Shown: positions 1 to 13,089 of the stretch, piece after piece
How positions within the stretch are numbered: position 1 is the first letter of the stretch
Layout of the letters: every line of letters begins with the position of its first letter
Source: Cetorhinus maximus
Lineage: Eukaryota
NCBI RefSeq assembly: GCF_964194155.1
Contig: NC_135891.1
Coordinates: forward strand, 110,856,001 to 110,920,000
DNA: 64,000 nt
Reading direction: 5' to 3'
Translations under genes and position numbers: made by a program
The notes under the pieces: model-generated
What the model was told of the DNA's origin: nothing
Seen by the model: only the letters and a program-made list of their open reading frames with translations
Database searches by the model: none

Positions 1-489
1 GGAGCTGCAAAGGCTGCCATGGAGACCTGGATCCAGGACATAGGTCCTGAACTGCTGCACGGGTTGAACTCCATTGCTGACACCATAGTTAGCCTCCAAC
101 AGGGTCAAAGCAAGAGGGGTGCGGGGCAGCTCGACCTCACTCCAGCTTCTCCTTCTTCTCAAGGAGTCAGCCAGGGGCCCTCGGGCACCCATAGAGAGGG
201 GGATCAGTAGGTGCACAATCTGGGGCCATCCGCCTAGGTGACTCCAGGGGTGTCCAGCCCATCCGAATCCCCTCTTCCTGTGACCCCAGCAACACCAGCT
301 CTACAGGCCGAGGAGGATGCCACTGCCACACAGCAGGATCCCAAAAGCAGGCTGGGGACCTCCAGAGGACACCCGCCAAGGTCATCGCAGACAGGGAATA
401 GCAGTCAGCAGGCTACCTCCACCTCCGCTGTGAATGTCTGGGGAGCACCAAGCTGTAGCAGCAGGGTTAGGAAGGTTGAGAAGATGTAA
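1..489 (+). mobile_element. Probable C-terminal part of the second (Myb/SANT-like DNA-binding) ORF of a Harbinger/PIF transposon, degenerate
   Basis: Low-complexity S/P/Q/T-rich ORF pieces (19-210, 238-489) converge on the Harbinger transposase, an arrangement typical of two-ORF Harbinger elements. No Myb domain is visible inside the window. Confidence 0.35.
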
Positions 490-1210
490 TTGCACAGCCT
501 GGGCAAGGGTGTTAATCACTTTACTTAATGCCCACTATTGTAAATAAACACCCAAAAATGTCTCCTTGTCTATGGCTCCTTGTTATGATAAGCAGTGTTC
601 GTGTCACTCAGAAGTGAAACCTTGGCTCCTGCATAAGATAAAGGCAGGTGTCTCAGTCCAGGGCCTCTTCCCTGTGCAGTGTGTAACATTCAGACCAAAG
701 TGATGGTCCAGCTTCACACTCACTGGAAACATTACTGATACCTGCACCTCGGTGGTGCCGGTCATTGCTGCCAGGATGTCCTGGGCAGGCGTCACAGAGT
801 TCCGTCATTCTCTCTGTGTGCTCTCAGCGCCTTTGAGGTGGGGCTGCCCCCCCATCTCGTGAACATCTGCGATCAGTGACGTGTATTCCTGAAGGGGTCA
901 GGCGTTGAAGGCTGACTAAGGATCTGGCGCAGTTAAAGTTTCACGGCTGAGTGTCCACGATTTGACCCTGATTACAGAGCACAAGTGAGCTGCCCTCAGC
1001 CAGACAGGAGTCAGACATTCACAGAGGCTACGTGAAGATCTATGGAGTGTCCTCACTGCAAGTCATCATCATCCTCCTGCAATCCAGCGACTATTAGGGC
1101 CTTCACTGCATCTCCATGACATGAGCCTGAGCACTGAGGGTATATGCGCTGCCATCAGCCACACAGGAGTCAAACGTTCGCAGATGCAAGGTGAGGATGT
1201 CAGGACTTCC

Positions 1211-2508
1211 TCACTGCATCTCATCATCATCCTCCAAGAACGTTGCTGCTATGAGGGCCTCCCGAACGGGCCTGCCTTGTCTGGCCAGCGTGATGGCCTC
1301 ATCGCCATCATCCACGCCTTCGAGGACCTCATCATCATCATCCCCTTCAACATCCCCCTCATCAGAGGATACGTGTAGCTCCTCCATCTCCTCATCGGCC
1401 AGGTCCACAACCCTTTGCAGCGCCAGGTTGTGGAGTGTGCAGCAAGTGACAATGATGCACGACACCCTCTGGGGACTGTATTGCAGTGCTTCACTGGACC
1501 TGTCAAGGCACTGGAACCTCATTTTCAAGATGCCTATCGTTTGCTCCACCAAAGTCCGGATCGCAGCATGAGCCTCGTTATACCATCGCTCTGCTGCAGT
1601 CTGAGGCCACCGCATGGGCATCATCAGCCACGTCCTCTGTGGGTAGCCCTTATCCCTGAGGAGCCAACCCTTCAGCCTCTCTGAACCCTGGAAGATGTCA
1701 GGGATCTGAGACTTGCTAAGTTTGTAGGAGTTGTGGACACTCCCTGGGAATTGTGTGCAGACCTGCAGGATATGTCTGTGGTGGTCCCACACCAGCTGAA
1801 CATTCAGCAAGTGGCCCATGCGGTTGATGTAGTTGACTGCTTGTTGCCATGGAGATCTAAGCGCCATGTGAGTGCAGTTGATGGCGCCCTGCACCTCTGG
1901 AAAACCAGAGGTCTGCGCAAATCCCAGTGCCCTTGCTGCCTGGCTTCCCTGATGCAGGTTGAAATGCACAAAAATTCTGTGCTTCACGAAGATGGCATCC
2001 GTGACCTCCTGGATACACTTGTGAGTGGAGGCTTACAAGATCCCGGACAGGTTACATGTGGAGCCCTTGAAGGAGCAACTGGTACAAAAATTGAGCACTA
2101 TGGTCACTTTCACAACCACTGGCAGTGGATGCCCTCCATGTCCCCGTGGTGCCAAATTTTGCAGCAGGTGGCAATGTGACCGACCAGTTCCCTAGACATG
2201 CGCAGTCTTCAGCGACAATGGTTCTCGGTCATCTGCAGGAATGTCTGTCTGTAGACCCTGGGTTTAGAGAGGTGCCCACGAGTGACAGCTCGCTGTGCAT
2301 TTTCAGCTGCATGAGCAGAAGGCCCTGCCACCCCTTCATCATGAGGGAGGTGCTCCTCCCTTTGCCGAGCCAGGTCCGTCCACAGCACCCTATTTCTTCT
2401 TCTTCTCTGCGCTCTGTAAGCCACGAGGCATACCACTAAATCAACAGGCCCTATGATCCTGACGTTCCCCTCCTGCAGGATCAAAGAGAGAGACGTATGG
2501 GTTAGCAT
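1211..2508 (-). mobile_element. Harbinger/PIF DDE transposase (HARBI1-like), frameshifted and decayed
   Basis: ORF 1211-1987 has HARBI1-family motifs: GFPEVQGAINCTH, LNVQLVWD, FPGSVHNS, LLRDKGYP, YNEAHAAIRTLVEQTIGILKMRFQCLD, IIVTCCTLHN and an acidic tail. The upstream part is broken over several frames (2209-2508). Confidence 0.85.
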
Positions 2509-3004
2509 GGGTGTACTAAGAATACCACTTGGTTAAGTCTGAAGACCCCTTCATGCATGCAGGAGCTGGCCCCCATTTGGATGGCCAATGTCATTGACTA
2601 ATTTGAAGCCCCAACCACCTCCGCCCCACTCCACTTGACCAATTGGAGGCAGCTTCAGCCATTGAACTGCATGCTGTGCTCTCAGCTCAGGCATTCTCCT
2701 AACCCATACTCCAAGGCTGCACTCTTAGCTTGAACCATATTGGATATTGCTCCAAACCTTAATAAAGACATTGCAAGGAGCTGTGAGCACCTCCACCAGT
2801 GACTGCGCCATGGCCACCTCTTGTGAGGGAATTGTACAACTTGCCTAGTCGGCTATTTGTTCTGCTGCCCCCTAAAACGCACATTAATTTGCTGTCTGCA
2901 TCCGAGAGGCGAGAAGTTTTGGAGCATTTGGTTGAACTTCCATGCTTTTGCATTGCTTGAATGGGCAGCAAAGTTTCGGAGGCCCGACTCCAAGCATGTC
3001 AATG

Positions 3005-3795
3005 GATAAAAGCAAAACTAAAAGCAAAATACTGCGGACGCTGGAAATCTGAAACAAAAACAGAAAATGCTGGAAAAGCTCAGCAGGTCTGACAGCATCT
3101 GTGGAAAGAGAAACAGAGTTAACGTTTCAAGGGCGTATGACTCCTTTTCAGAGCTAAAGAGTGGAAATGTGATGAAATTTATACTGTTTAAGGGGGATGG
3201 AGCAGGTGAAGCTGGATAGAAGGCCAGTGATAGGTCGGGACAAAGGAGGGATTGGCAAAGATGTCAATGGGAGCATTAATGGTAAAGATAAGAGCTAAAA
3301 AAGGTGCTGATAGTGGTGAAAAGGTAAGAAAGCAGAATGTGATAATAGCAGAACAAGGGTAGCATTATGTGAAAAAACAACATGGAACAAGTAACAGATG
3401 GCCCTTTTGGGGATGGGGTGGGGAGAAAAGGATAGAAAATGGGATGGGGGGGGGCATAAAACCATGAATAAATGAATAAAAATAAATAAAAATAAAAATA
3501 AGTGGATAAAAAATAAAAATGAATGTAGAAAAAAGGGATTAAAAAAAGGGGTGAAGATAAAGGAGGGAGTTTATGGTCTGAAGTTGTTGAACTCAATGTT
3601 AAGTCTGGAAGGCTGTAAAGTGACTAATTGGAAGATGAGGTGCTGTTTCTCTGGTTTGCGTTGGGCTTCACTGGAATATTTTAGCAGGCCAAGGATGGAC
3701 ATGTGGGCATGAGAGCAGGGTGGTGTGTTGAAATGGCAAGCGACAGGAAGGTCTGGGTCATGCTTGCGGACAGACCGGAGGTGTTCCGCAAAGCG
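3005..3795 (-). mobile_element. Penelope-like element fragment (GIY-YIG end plus terminal repeat)
   Basis: Reverse complement of the same sequence seen at 20120-20900 and 41440-42377, including the EHLRSVRKHDPDLPVACHFN-like stretch and the GCTGGAAATCT/CTCAGCAGGTCTGACAGCATCTG terminal block. Confidence 0.75.
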
Positions 3796-5116
3796 GTGCG
3801 GTGGAGAGGCTGCTGGACCTCAGCTGAGGAAGGATGCTCATTTTTGACAAGCTTTTCCAATTGCGTGGCCGCTTCCCTCACCACCACCCCCTCACCCTAC
3901 CCCCTGGCATGTGCTTGAGTATTTCCTTCAGGCCGTCTGCGGCGCTTTGGCAGGGGAACAGGGCTGAATCTGTTCCCAGGTCCTGCACACACCCCGGGGC
4001 TGAAACAGTCACTAATAGGGATTTTGGCTGGGGCGCCCCTTCAGTGCCATGGAAATGGGTTCCCCTGTCTGATTAAGGGCAGCGGGCAGGCTCTCAAAGC
4101 TGGCATGCCAATCAGAGCCCTTTCAGCTTCAGAGGAGCACTCGGCTGCAATGAGCGGAAAGTAACTGAAAGGGTGCATCTACGTGGAAGTACACTCTCAG
4201 CCACCTGAGAAAGTAACCAGGCCACCACTGTTGGCAGGAGGGGTAGTGGAGATGGAGGTGGGGTGGGGGGGGGGGGGGGGGGGGGGGGTTGGTGAAGAGT
4301 GGTGTTGGCAGGGAACCCTTTACAAGGCAGCCTTTGGCTGCACCCCAACCCGAGCAGGCACCCTCTAGACCTGCCTGGGACACTGATCTCACAGCCAGTC
4401 TCCTTTAGGCAATTGATCTGCCCCTCCACGCATCGGGAAACTGGAGGCCAAATGGGAAATCCCAGTTGGCCTTCTGAACTAACTCTTAACAAAGTTCTAA
4501 ACGAGCCTGATTGGCCCCCTCCAAGGATTTGGGAGACCAGCATGCCGGTCAGTTCCAGTATTTGCAGGCCCTGTCTGCCTCCTCAGAGGGACCCGGAAAT
4601 CCTGCCGCGGGTCAGATTACATTACTACTTCTATGCTGAGATGGTCATGATGCAGTATTTTGGTTTAATGAGAAAGTCAGGTCCCCATCCAACCAAGCAA
4701 GACTTGTTTAGATGCCATTTCCTGTTACTTGTGGGGTTTGGCACCACATGGAGTGTAACTCCAGTCAGGTGTAGAGCTAGGTTTCAAAAGGCTGGTCCTC
4801 TTGGCTACTTCGTAACTTTGTCAGCTTCCTTTTGTTGAGGAAGCAGATGTTCAAAAATTTACATGCTGGGATTGAAACTATGTGCATGCAACCATATATA
4901 TATGCTGAACTCTTCCCAATAGGCAGAGTATTATTCACAGCCCCGGGCTGATCATAATACTGTGTAGCTATCAGATTCGAGATTAATAGGCACTTGCATA
5001 TTTGGCACAGCTCCAAGTGAGATTAGGGAGAAGTGTCATAGGTGCCATTTCCCTTAGTGTTTATGCTATTAAAACCAGGATGGTGGGTTTTCCCAGGTTG
5101 ATCCAATACCATGGCC

Positions 5117-5360
5117 ATTAGGATAGGGTGACCATAAGCTCATGACCATTTAGAGATTGATAGATTCCTAGAACATTGATACTTGTACGAAGGTAATGCC
5201 ATCTGACAGCTTGGTCACATCACTAAACCCATCACAATCATCAAACTGGGTATGAATCAAATTACCCTGAAAACCCTCAGAGAAAAACACCAATAGTTTT
5301 CTCTTAAATGTAGCCACTGTTATCATGTAGGAACCAAACTCATGGTCACCCTATCCTAAT
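5117..5360. mobile_element. Small non-autonomous DNA transposon (MITE) with 19-bp terminal inverted repeats, hAT-like
   Basis: ATTAGGATAGGGTGACCAT at 5117-5135 is the exact reverse complement of ATGGTCACCCTATCCTAAT at 5342-5360. The TAGGGTGACCA core resembles hAT-type TIRs. Confidence 0.6.
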
Positions 5361-7596
5361 ATCTCTTTATGTGGCCTGGTGTCAACTTTTGCCTCTTGAT
5401 GTTCCTGTGAAGCAGCTTTGGACTGTATCACTTACAGTAAATGTGTTGCATAAACGCAAGTTGTTGTTGTAGCTGCACCTCCAAGGGCTTTTCTGTAACA
5501 CATCATTCTTACCACTGAGCCCAAATAACCCCCTTCATATAAAAATCAGAAAATGCTGGAAAAACTCAGCAGGTCTGGCAGCCTCTGTGGCGAGAGAAAC
5601 AGAGTTAACGTTTCGAGTCCGTGTGACTCTTAACCGGCAACCATTTAAAATTGACATGTTTGGATATGACCCTCTGTTTATTGGTGCGATTACAGTTTCA
5701 TTTTACGGGAATGTCGATGGAGATTATTTGAAATACAACCGTGTGTGACAAACAACCTATTACACACATTTGGTACCTTGAATATCAATGGTACAAAGGT
5801 AATCTTTTGTAATAAGCGTAATAACTTTCGTAAAAGTTTTATTTTATTGAACTGAAACCCCTTTCCCACTGCACTTGCTGGCGCATACAATAAAGTATCT
5901 GCAGTAACTTTATTATGTGGTTTCATTTTAACGTCTTTAACCTCACGATATATCAGCAGCCGGTGATTTCTCGGCAGTAGTTTACTTCTAACCCATTCCG
6001 GGAAGTCAATAATTCAGCTCCTCCTCCAATTCATCCTGAACTTGTCACCTGAGGTTTTAAAACAAAAACAGAACTACCTGAAAAAACTCAGCAGGTCTGG
6101 CAGCATCGGTTGACGTTTCGAGTCCTCATGACCCCCTTCAACAGATCTCAGTGGTTTTAAGGTTTTTTTTTTGGTTTAAGATTGCAATAGGTAAGCATCT
6201 TGGCTGCCTCGACACATTTACTGTTAAACAAAGCGTGTGACTGGTGAGATAAGGGATGAGTAAGGACATTTTAAACCGCAATTTCTTCAAACGGGATCAA
6301 AAGGTACTTGGAAACGTCTGAGGCTTGGATTTGGAAAGATTGTATCCCGGGACCGAATATTGCAACAGGCCGTTTTTAACTCCAGGTAACAGAATTAAAT
6401 CAAAAACATTTCGGGGTCAATTCTCTTCCAGGAATACCCGCCTTGAACAAAAACAGAAAGTGCTGGAAAAACTCAGCAAGTCTTGAGTTTTTTTCCCCCA
6501 GCACTTTTTGTTTTTGTTTCAGAATCCCAGCCTCCGCTGTATTTTGCCTTTATATACCCACCTTGAAGATATTCGGCTTTTGATGGAAGATCATCTACCT
6601 GAAACATGAGCTCCTTCCACCGAGGCTGCTTGATATGCTGAATATTAGATTTTAAACTGCTGCCGAATTTCGCTTTTTTTATTTAAAGTTCATGTTTGAG
6701 TGTTTCTTTTTCTGAAGGTCACCGACTTGCTGCATATTTCCAGTATTTTCTCTTTCCATTAACTTCTTGTTTTCAAGTCCAAACCCACTGTGTTTTTCCA
6801 CAATTATTTATTTATAATTCAGTATGGCTTTTCTTCCCCACACCCGCACTGTTGCCCCTGGAGTTCCCCCAAGGATCTATTCTCGACTACCCTCCCAGTT
6901 CTCAGCTACTTGCTGTCCCAGGGCAACTTCATCCCCACCCCACCCCACCCCACCCCCCAAAAAAAAGCGTCAGGTTCAGCAGACCTGCTGACTGCACCCA
7001 GCTCTACCTCAAACATCCCTTAACCTTTCCATTGCATCCGACCTGTCACGCTGCTTTTCCCACGTCCAGTTTTGGATGAGTAGACATTGGCTCCAAATCA
7101 TCATATTGTGAAGACCTAAGCTGTTGTGCTCTGCCTGTGCTACAAACCCCATTCTCCAGCCACCAATTCCATCCCTCTCCCTTGCCACTTCCTGAGGCTG
7201 AGCCCCGACAGTTGGCAACCACAGCTTTCTATTTGGCCTTGAGCTGATGAAACTTGGTGCTACCTGTACCCAAACCCATGCCAAGGTCTGCTCCGCCATC
7301 ACTGAACAGCGTGCCTTAATCTTAAGATTCTCATGCTTGCAATCAAATCCCTCCGTGATGGTGTCTCTCCCAATCGCTGCAGCCTCTCTCAGAACTCTGG
7401 TTCATCGACCTGAAACGTTAACTCTTGTTTCTCTCTCTCCTCAGCTACTGCCTCACCTGCTGAGTGTTTCCAATATGTTGTTTTTATTTCAGTTTTCGAG
7501 CATCTGGCTTTTGTGTCAACAGAAACAAGTGTTTATTTCTGAGACGAGATGGATAGGACAAACTGACTTGAGCTTAATTATGTAGATAAATGTTGA

Positions 7597-8140
7597 ATTC
7601 AAAGACTTATGTTGCTCCAGTTGTACAGGGCTTTGGTGAGACTACATCTGGAGTACTGTGTGCAGTTCTGGTCTCCACATTTAAGATATAGTTGCATTGG
7701 AGACAGTAGTGAAAGGTTCACTAAATTGGTACCTAGGATAATGGGGTTGTCCCACAATGTGGTGCTGAGTAAATTGGATTTATATTCTCTGGAGTTTAGG
7801 ATGAGAGGCAATCTCATTGAAACCTACAAGGTTCCGAAGGGGGCTTAATAGGGTGGGCACTGAGAGATTGTTTCCATTGGTCAGGGAATCTAAAACACAG
7901 GGGCACAGTGACAGGATGAGGGGCCAATTGTGTAGGACTGATGAGGAAAAATTACTTCAAAGGGTTGTGAATCTTCAGAATTCTCTACCAAGGGTTCTGG
8001 ATGCTCCATCCCGAAATACATTTAAGGCTGAGACAGATTTTCAGTCTCTCAGGAAAAAAAGGGCAGGCAGGAAAATGGAGTCAAAGCCCAAGATCAGCCA
8101 TGATTGTATGAAATGGCAAAGCAGATTTGATGAGCTGTGT
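7597..8140 (+). mobile_element. CR1-like LINE 3' fragment
   Basis: LYRALVRLHLEYCVQFWSP...MRGNLIETYK matches the C-terminus of the LINE at 53700-54300. A second short piece lies at ~9050-9255. Confidence 0.8.
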
Positions 8141-8277
8141 GGTCTACTCCTGCTCTTATTTTTTACTTTCTTGTTATGTGGGGAAGTATCAGCACAGTAG
8201 AAGATGCCATTGTTAATCCACCTGTGTTTTCTTTCCCTGATCACTCTCTACAAATGGAACTATAGGTGGGTTTGATC

Positions 8278-8871
8278 ATGGAGGTGACCTTGACATTTCT
8301 GAGCGGCACTGGATCCCATATCTCCTCTGGCACCAGAACCTGGCTGGCTTTACTCTTTGCCATTCGCCTCTTCGCAGTTATCACCGGTGCAAGAACTATT
8401 TGGGAAGACGACCTGCAAGATCTTACTTGTAATTCCACCCAGGTGGGCTGTCACCAACAATGTTACACTGAGCTTTCACCTATGTCACCCTTCACCTTGT
8501 TCACACTCCAAATCGTGTTCATTTTCACCCTCTCGTTGACAAACTCCTTGTACAACAGACGCAACCTCAGACAGTTGAAGTGCAAATTCGTTCAACCAGT
8601 TGACGTCCATTGGAAAATTGACTTTCTCATTACTCTTGCCAAATTACTGACTGAAGGAATCTTCCTTTTTTTCCATTATATGCTCTACCCAAGTTTACTA
8701 AGGCAACATGTGTTTAAATGTGATATAACTCCCTGTGAGAAGACAGTGGTCTGCACTATGCTGAAAAGCCAGCAGAAAGATGCCTTTGTGATTTTCATGT
8801 ACACCTGTTCACTTGCTTCTGTGTTGATAGGGATAATAAAGACCTACTATTTAGTGGGGAAAGTTGTATAA
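8278..8871 (+). CDS. Connexin (gap junction protein), divergent, 197 aa, single coding exon, essentially no C-terminal tail
   Basis: Uninterrupted ATG(8278) to TAA(8869-8871) ORF with four hydrophobic segments. E1 has C-x6-C-x3-C (CNSTQVGCHQQC) preceded by WEDDLQD. E2 has C-x4-C-x5-C (CDITPCEKTVVC). A pyrimidine tract and AG acceptor (8264-8265) lie just upstream of the ATG, as in typical connexin 5'-UTR introns. Confidence 0.88.
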   Translation: MEVTLTFLSGTGSHISSGTRTWLALLFAIRLFAVITGARTIWEDDLQDLTCNSTQVGCHQQCYTELSPMSPFTLFTLQIVFIFTLSLTNSLYNRRNLRQLKCKFVQPVDVHWKIDFLITLAKLLTEGIFLFFHYMLYPSLLRQHVFKCDITPCEKTVVCTMLKSQQKDAFVIFMYTCSLASVLIGIIKTYYLVGKVV

Positions 8872-9849
8872 GAAATATATTATTTTAAGTGTATTTTATA
8901 TAATTTGCTGCATAGATTTTATATTTGTGAGCAAGGCTGTCTACTTTATACTAGTAAAACATCAGCCAGCAGACTGACTAGCTAATATCGGGGCATTGTG
9001 TTCAGGTGGAGGTTAACGAGAAATGGGTTGATGCTGGGGTATGTCATGGTGTTATATTCTCTGGAGTTTAGAAGAATGAGAGGCAATCTCATTGAAACCT
9101 ACAAGGTTCTGAAGGGGCATGATAGGGTGGGCACAGATTGTTTCCATTGGTCAAGGAACCTAAAACACTGGGGCACATCACAGGATGAGGGGCCAATTGT
9201 TTAGGACTGAGATGAGGAGAAATTAATTCATAGTTGTGAATCTTTAGAATTCTCGAGGTATGTATCGAGAAGGAGATTGGGTAGAGTACTAGGGTGAAAT
9301 GTTATACTTGAAAAGATGAAAGTGCATGATTGCAAATATTGTTGGTGACAAAAGGAAGAGATTGGTGTAATGATCAGCCAATAGGATAGAAGTTAGGACA
9401 TTAAAAGCTGAGGAAAAGATACAAAAAATGACAGAGCTCCATTCATAGAAATTATGCAAGATTTCCCTGTCTCTTCACCATATTTTATATTGTTCCTTTC
9501 AATACTATCCAGTCTCCTTTTAAAGAACTTTCCCAATTTCCACTTTTGATAAATTTGAGTACATATGTAATATTCTTTAGCATAGTAAAATGTCCCCACA
9601 TGCTTCACAAGAGCATTAACAAAACTTGGCACCAAACCACAAAGGAAATATTAGGGCAGCTGACTAAAAGCTTGGTCAAAGAGGTAGGTTTTAAGGAGCT
9701 TCTTAAAAGTAAAGAGAGCATGAGAGGTAGAGAGCTTTAGGGAGAGAACTGACAGCTTTGGGCCTTGGCAGCTTGAAAGGCGCAGTCACCAATGATGAAA
9801 CCATTAAAATCAGGGATGAGATGCTCAGACAGCTGAGGGCTGTTGGGAA

Positions 9850-10495
9850 AGTGGTGGGAGTTACCATTGACCAGAAACTGAACTGGACTAGCCATATAAA
9901 TACTGTGGCTACAAGAGGTCAGAGGCTAGGAATCCTGCGGTAACTCACCTCCTGACTCCCCAAAATCTGTCCACCATCTACAAGGCACAAGTCAGGAGTG
10001 TGCTGGAATACTCTCCACTTGCCTGGATGAGTGCAGCTCCAACAACACTGAAGAAGCTTGACACCAGCCAGGACAAAGCAGCCTGCTTGATCGGCACCCC
10101 ATCCACAAACATTCACTCCCTTCACCACCGACAAATGGTGGCAGCAATGCGTACTATCTACAAGATGCACTCAAGGCTCCTTAGGCAGCACCTTCCAAGC
10201 CCATGCCCACTACCACCTAGAAGGACAAGGGCAGCAGATAGATTGGCACACCACCACCTGGAAGTTTCCCTCCAAGCCACTCACCATCCTGACTTGGAAA
10301 TATATCATGGTTCCTTCAGTCGTTGGGTCAAAATCCTGGAACTCCATCCCTAACAGCATTGTAGGTGTACCTAACCACAGTGACTGCAGCAGTTCAAGAA
10401 GGCAACTCTCCACCACTTTCTCAAGTGCAATTAGGGATGGGCAATAAATGCTGGCCTAGCCAGCAATGCCTACATCCCGTAAATGAATAAAAAAG
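9850..10495 (+). mobile_element. LINE 3' end (RT C-terminus plus tail), HER1-like elasmobranch LINE
   Basis: GVTIDQKLNWTSHIN...YKAQVRSVLEYSPLAW RT C-terminal motifs. The tail GGGCAATAAATGCTGGCCTAGCCAGCAATGCC is shared with the SINE at 37147-37475. Confidence 0.7.
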
Positions 10496-11949
10496 AGGCA
10501 ATGGTGAAATCTGAAAAATATGCAAATTTTAAATTTGAGGCATTCCTTAACAGGAAGCCAGTATAGGTCAGCAAGCACAGGGGCATAAAGAAAAATCATC
10601 TCTTCACTTTGACAACAATGCCACTCACGTTACAATAAACAAACAGAGCAGGTAACCAAAAAAAGAGGAACTCATGAATGGTGGGAATTATTACGTCTGG
10701 ACGTATACCCATGGGTTAAATCATTTTAGGTGGGATTGATAAGAGCACAAATGATAGTACTAGTAATGCTGATCACTGCACAACACTGTGAGGGAGTCAA
10801 TAAGGGATATAGAAAATATAAGGAAAGGTGTAATCTCACCTACAGGAAGCCATAATTATTAATGTAAAGAAGGGTGTAAAACACTAAGACATAACCTACC
10901 GAGGGAAAAAAAGTTAGGTATATTGATACATAAACTGGAAAGAGAAAGCGTGAAAGATTATCCCAGCAATAAAATAATGAAGTTAATCTGTTCAATAGTG
11001 TGTTGCAGATGAGCTGCTGTTATATGACGAATAGATAGATAAGCAGGAATTACCATATATGTCAGTATGCAGCAAAGGGACCAATAACAAAAAAACACTT
11101 CCTTAGCAAGTGAGAATTTTAATTATTTTCTTCTTGTAAATTGCTCTGTATGCTGATGGCATTATAGTATTGTAACTTGAAGCACTGACTGGCTTTGTTG
11201 CTACTCAAAATAAAAACATAAGATTGTTTGAAATAACTATTCCTAATTCAGAAAACACTGGAGAAGGGTTTGAACAGAGAAGGGGCCAATATATGTTTCT
11301 GTTTTTTTGTCAGAACTTAATCCATTAAAAGCACGGCAGGAAATGTATCATCCTTTCTAAATTCTCACCTAAAGCACAAAAATAGCAACATGAGGAATGG
11401 GAACATTTACCCCACCTCCCTCCCACCCCCAAGAAAAAAATCACAATCCACCCTCGGGAATGTCATCAACCTTTGGGGTATCTAAGATAATGTCCCCTCT
11501 GGAAAGGAGATCAAATCGACTAGTATCTACATTAGTTGAAGCTTAGCAAGGACTTTTAAGGTTGGAAAAAGAAAATACCATTTAGCACATACTTCACCCA
11601 ACTATTTAGGCCCATGTTCAACCTACTGCTGTCTCATTTAATCCTTCCATGGTGCAGAACCCTATAGTACTTGCTTCTTTCCAACTGTTCTCAAATTTTC
11701 CCCCCTCAAGACAAATGCCCATACCCAGCAATTTTTGCTTATTAAAAATTTTTACAAAATCACCAAACTAGTGCAGACCTCCCTGTGTCAGGACAAAACA
11801 TGAGTTCTCGCACCAATATCAGCACATCCACCCAATTGCATCAAATCTAACCCCAAATGATGTGGTCCAAAAAGCTGGACAGAATTGGATTACTGCTCAA
11901 GTCCCAACTCACCTGCTGTGAAGGACAAAGCTCAAGTAAGGAAACTGAA

Positions 11950-12505
11950 TACTGTGTATAGTTTTTCGATGTGGTCTCACCAACATGGTATACAACTGCA
12001 ACAAAAACATCCCTACTTTTATATTCCATTCCTCTCACAATAAATGACAATATTCTATTTGCCTTCCTAATCACTTGCTGTGCCTGCATACTAACTTTTT
12101 ATGATTCATGTACCAGGACACCAAGATCCCTCTGCACCTCAATTCAGCAATCTCTCAATTTAAACAATATGCTGCTTTTCTAATCTTCTTGCCAAAGTGG
12201 ACAAGTTCACATTGCCCACATTATATTCCATCTGCCAAATTTTTGCCTACTCAGTTAACCTATCTATTTCCCTTTGCAGATTCCTTACAACCTCTTCACC
12301 ACTTACTTTGCGACCCGTCATCAGCAAATTTAGCAACCGTGGATGATGGGACCAAATGTGTGGTTGCTAACTTTGCTGATGACACAAGAGAGCTAGGGAG
12401 GTAAATGGTGAAGAAGACGTAAGGAGTCTGCAAAGGGATATAGATAGGTTAAGTGAGTGGGAAAACATTTGGCAGATGGAGCATAACATGGTAAAATGTG
12501 AACTT
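11950..12505. mobile_element. CR1-like LINE RT fragments in inverted arrangement
   Basis: Minus-strand fragment (KANRILSFIVRGMEYKSRD) abuts a plus-strand fragment (VANFADDT...QMEHN) at ~12340. Confidence 0.65.
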
Positions 12506-12597
12506 GAAAGATGTTTCAGAACAACTCAAATATTGCAACAAAAACAAAAATAGCTGGAAAAACTCAGCAGGTCTGACAGCATCTGCAGAGAGGAATA

Positions 12598-12638
12598 CAG
12601 TTAACGTTTCGAATCCGTATAACTCTTCATCAGAACTA
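12598..12638 (-). ncRNA. Minimal type-I hammerhead ribozyme motif within a Penelope-derived short repeat
   Basis: Minus strand reads UAGUU-CUGAUGA-A-GAGUU-AUACG-GAUUC-GAAA-CG-UU-AACUG: helix I AGUU/AACU, intact core boxes, helix II, and palindromic ACGU in place of helix III. Confidence 0.6.
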
Positions 12639-12880
12639 ATATTGCAAGTTGCCCTGAAGTTCTCAAATAAGAATCTAAAAGGATCAAGGCAAAATATACA
12701 TATTATTTGAATTATTGCAACAAATCTATGTAAGGAAAAACTGACAATGCATGATAAACATATTCACACAAAATATCTTTAGGTTCCAGCCTGTTGCAAA
12801 GTTTTGCAAGAGAAGTGAGAAAGCTACTAAGTTCAATGTATCTGAAAAATAAGCACTAAGTCAAGTGGTACTGAATTAAT

Positions 12881-12886
12881 TTTATT
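12881..12886 (-). terminator. Polyadenylation signal AATAAA of RPS15
   Basis: TTTATT on the plus strand, 23 nt beyond the RPS15 stop codon. Confidence 0.7.
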
Positions 12887-12909
12887 TACACATTTCCATC
12901 GTAAATTGT

Positions 12910-13089
<180 letters not shown>

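Noticed and set aside
1211-1987. Domesticated host HARBI1 gene
   Set aside because: The upstream region is frameshifted and catalytic-region aspartates appear altered (GAINCTH, SVHNS), consistent with a decayed transposon copy.
4258-4288. Long G run and the proline-rich ORFs that cross it (4112-4543, 4299-4838)
   Set aside because: A homopolymer of unreliable length inside repeat-like DNA; the ORFs have no recognisable domain.
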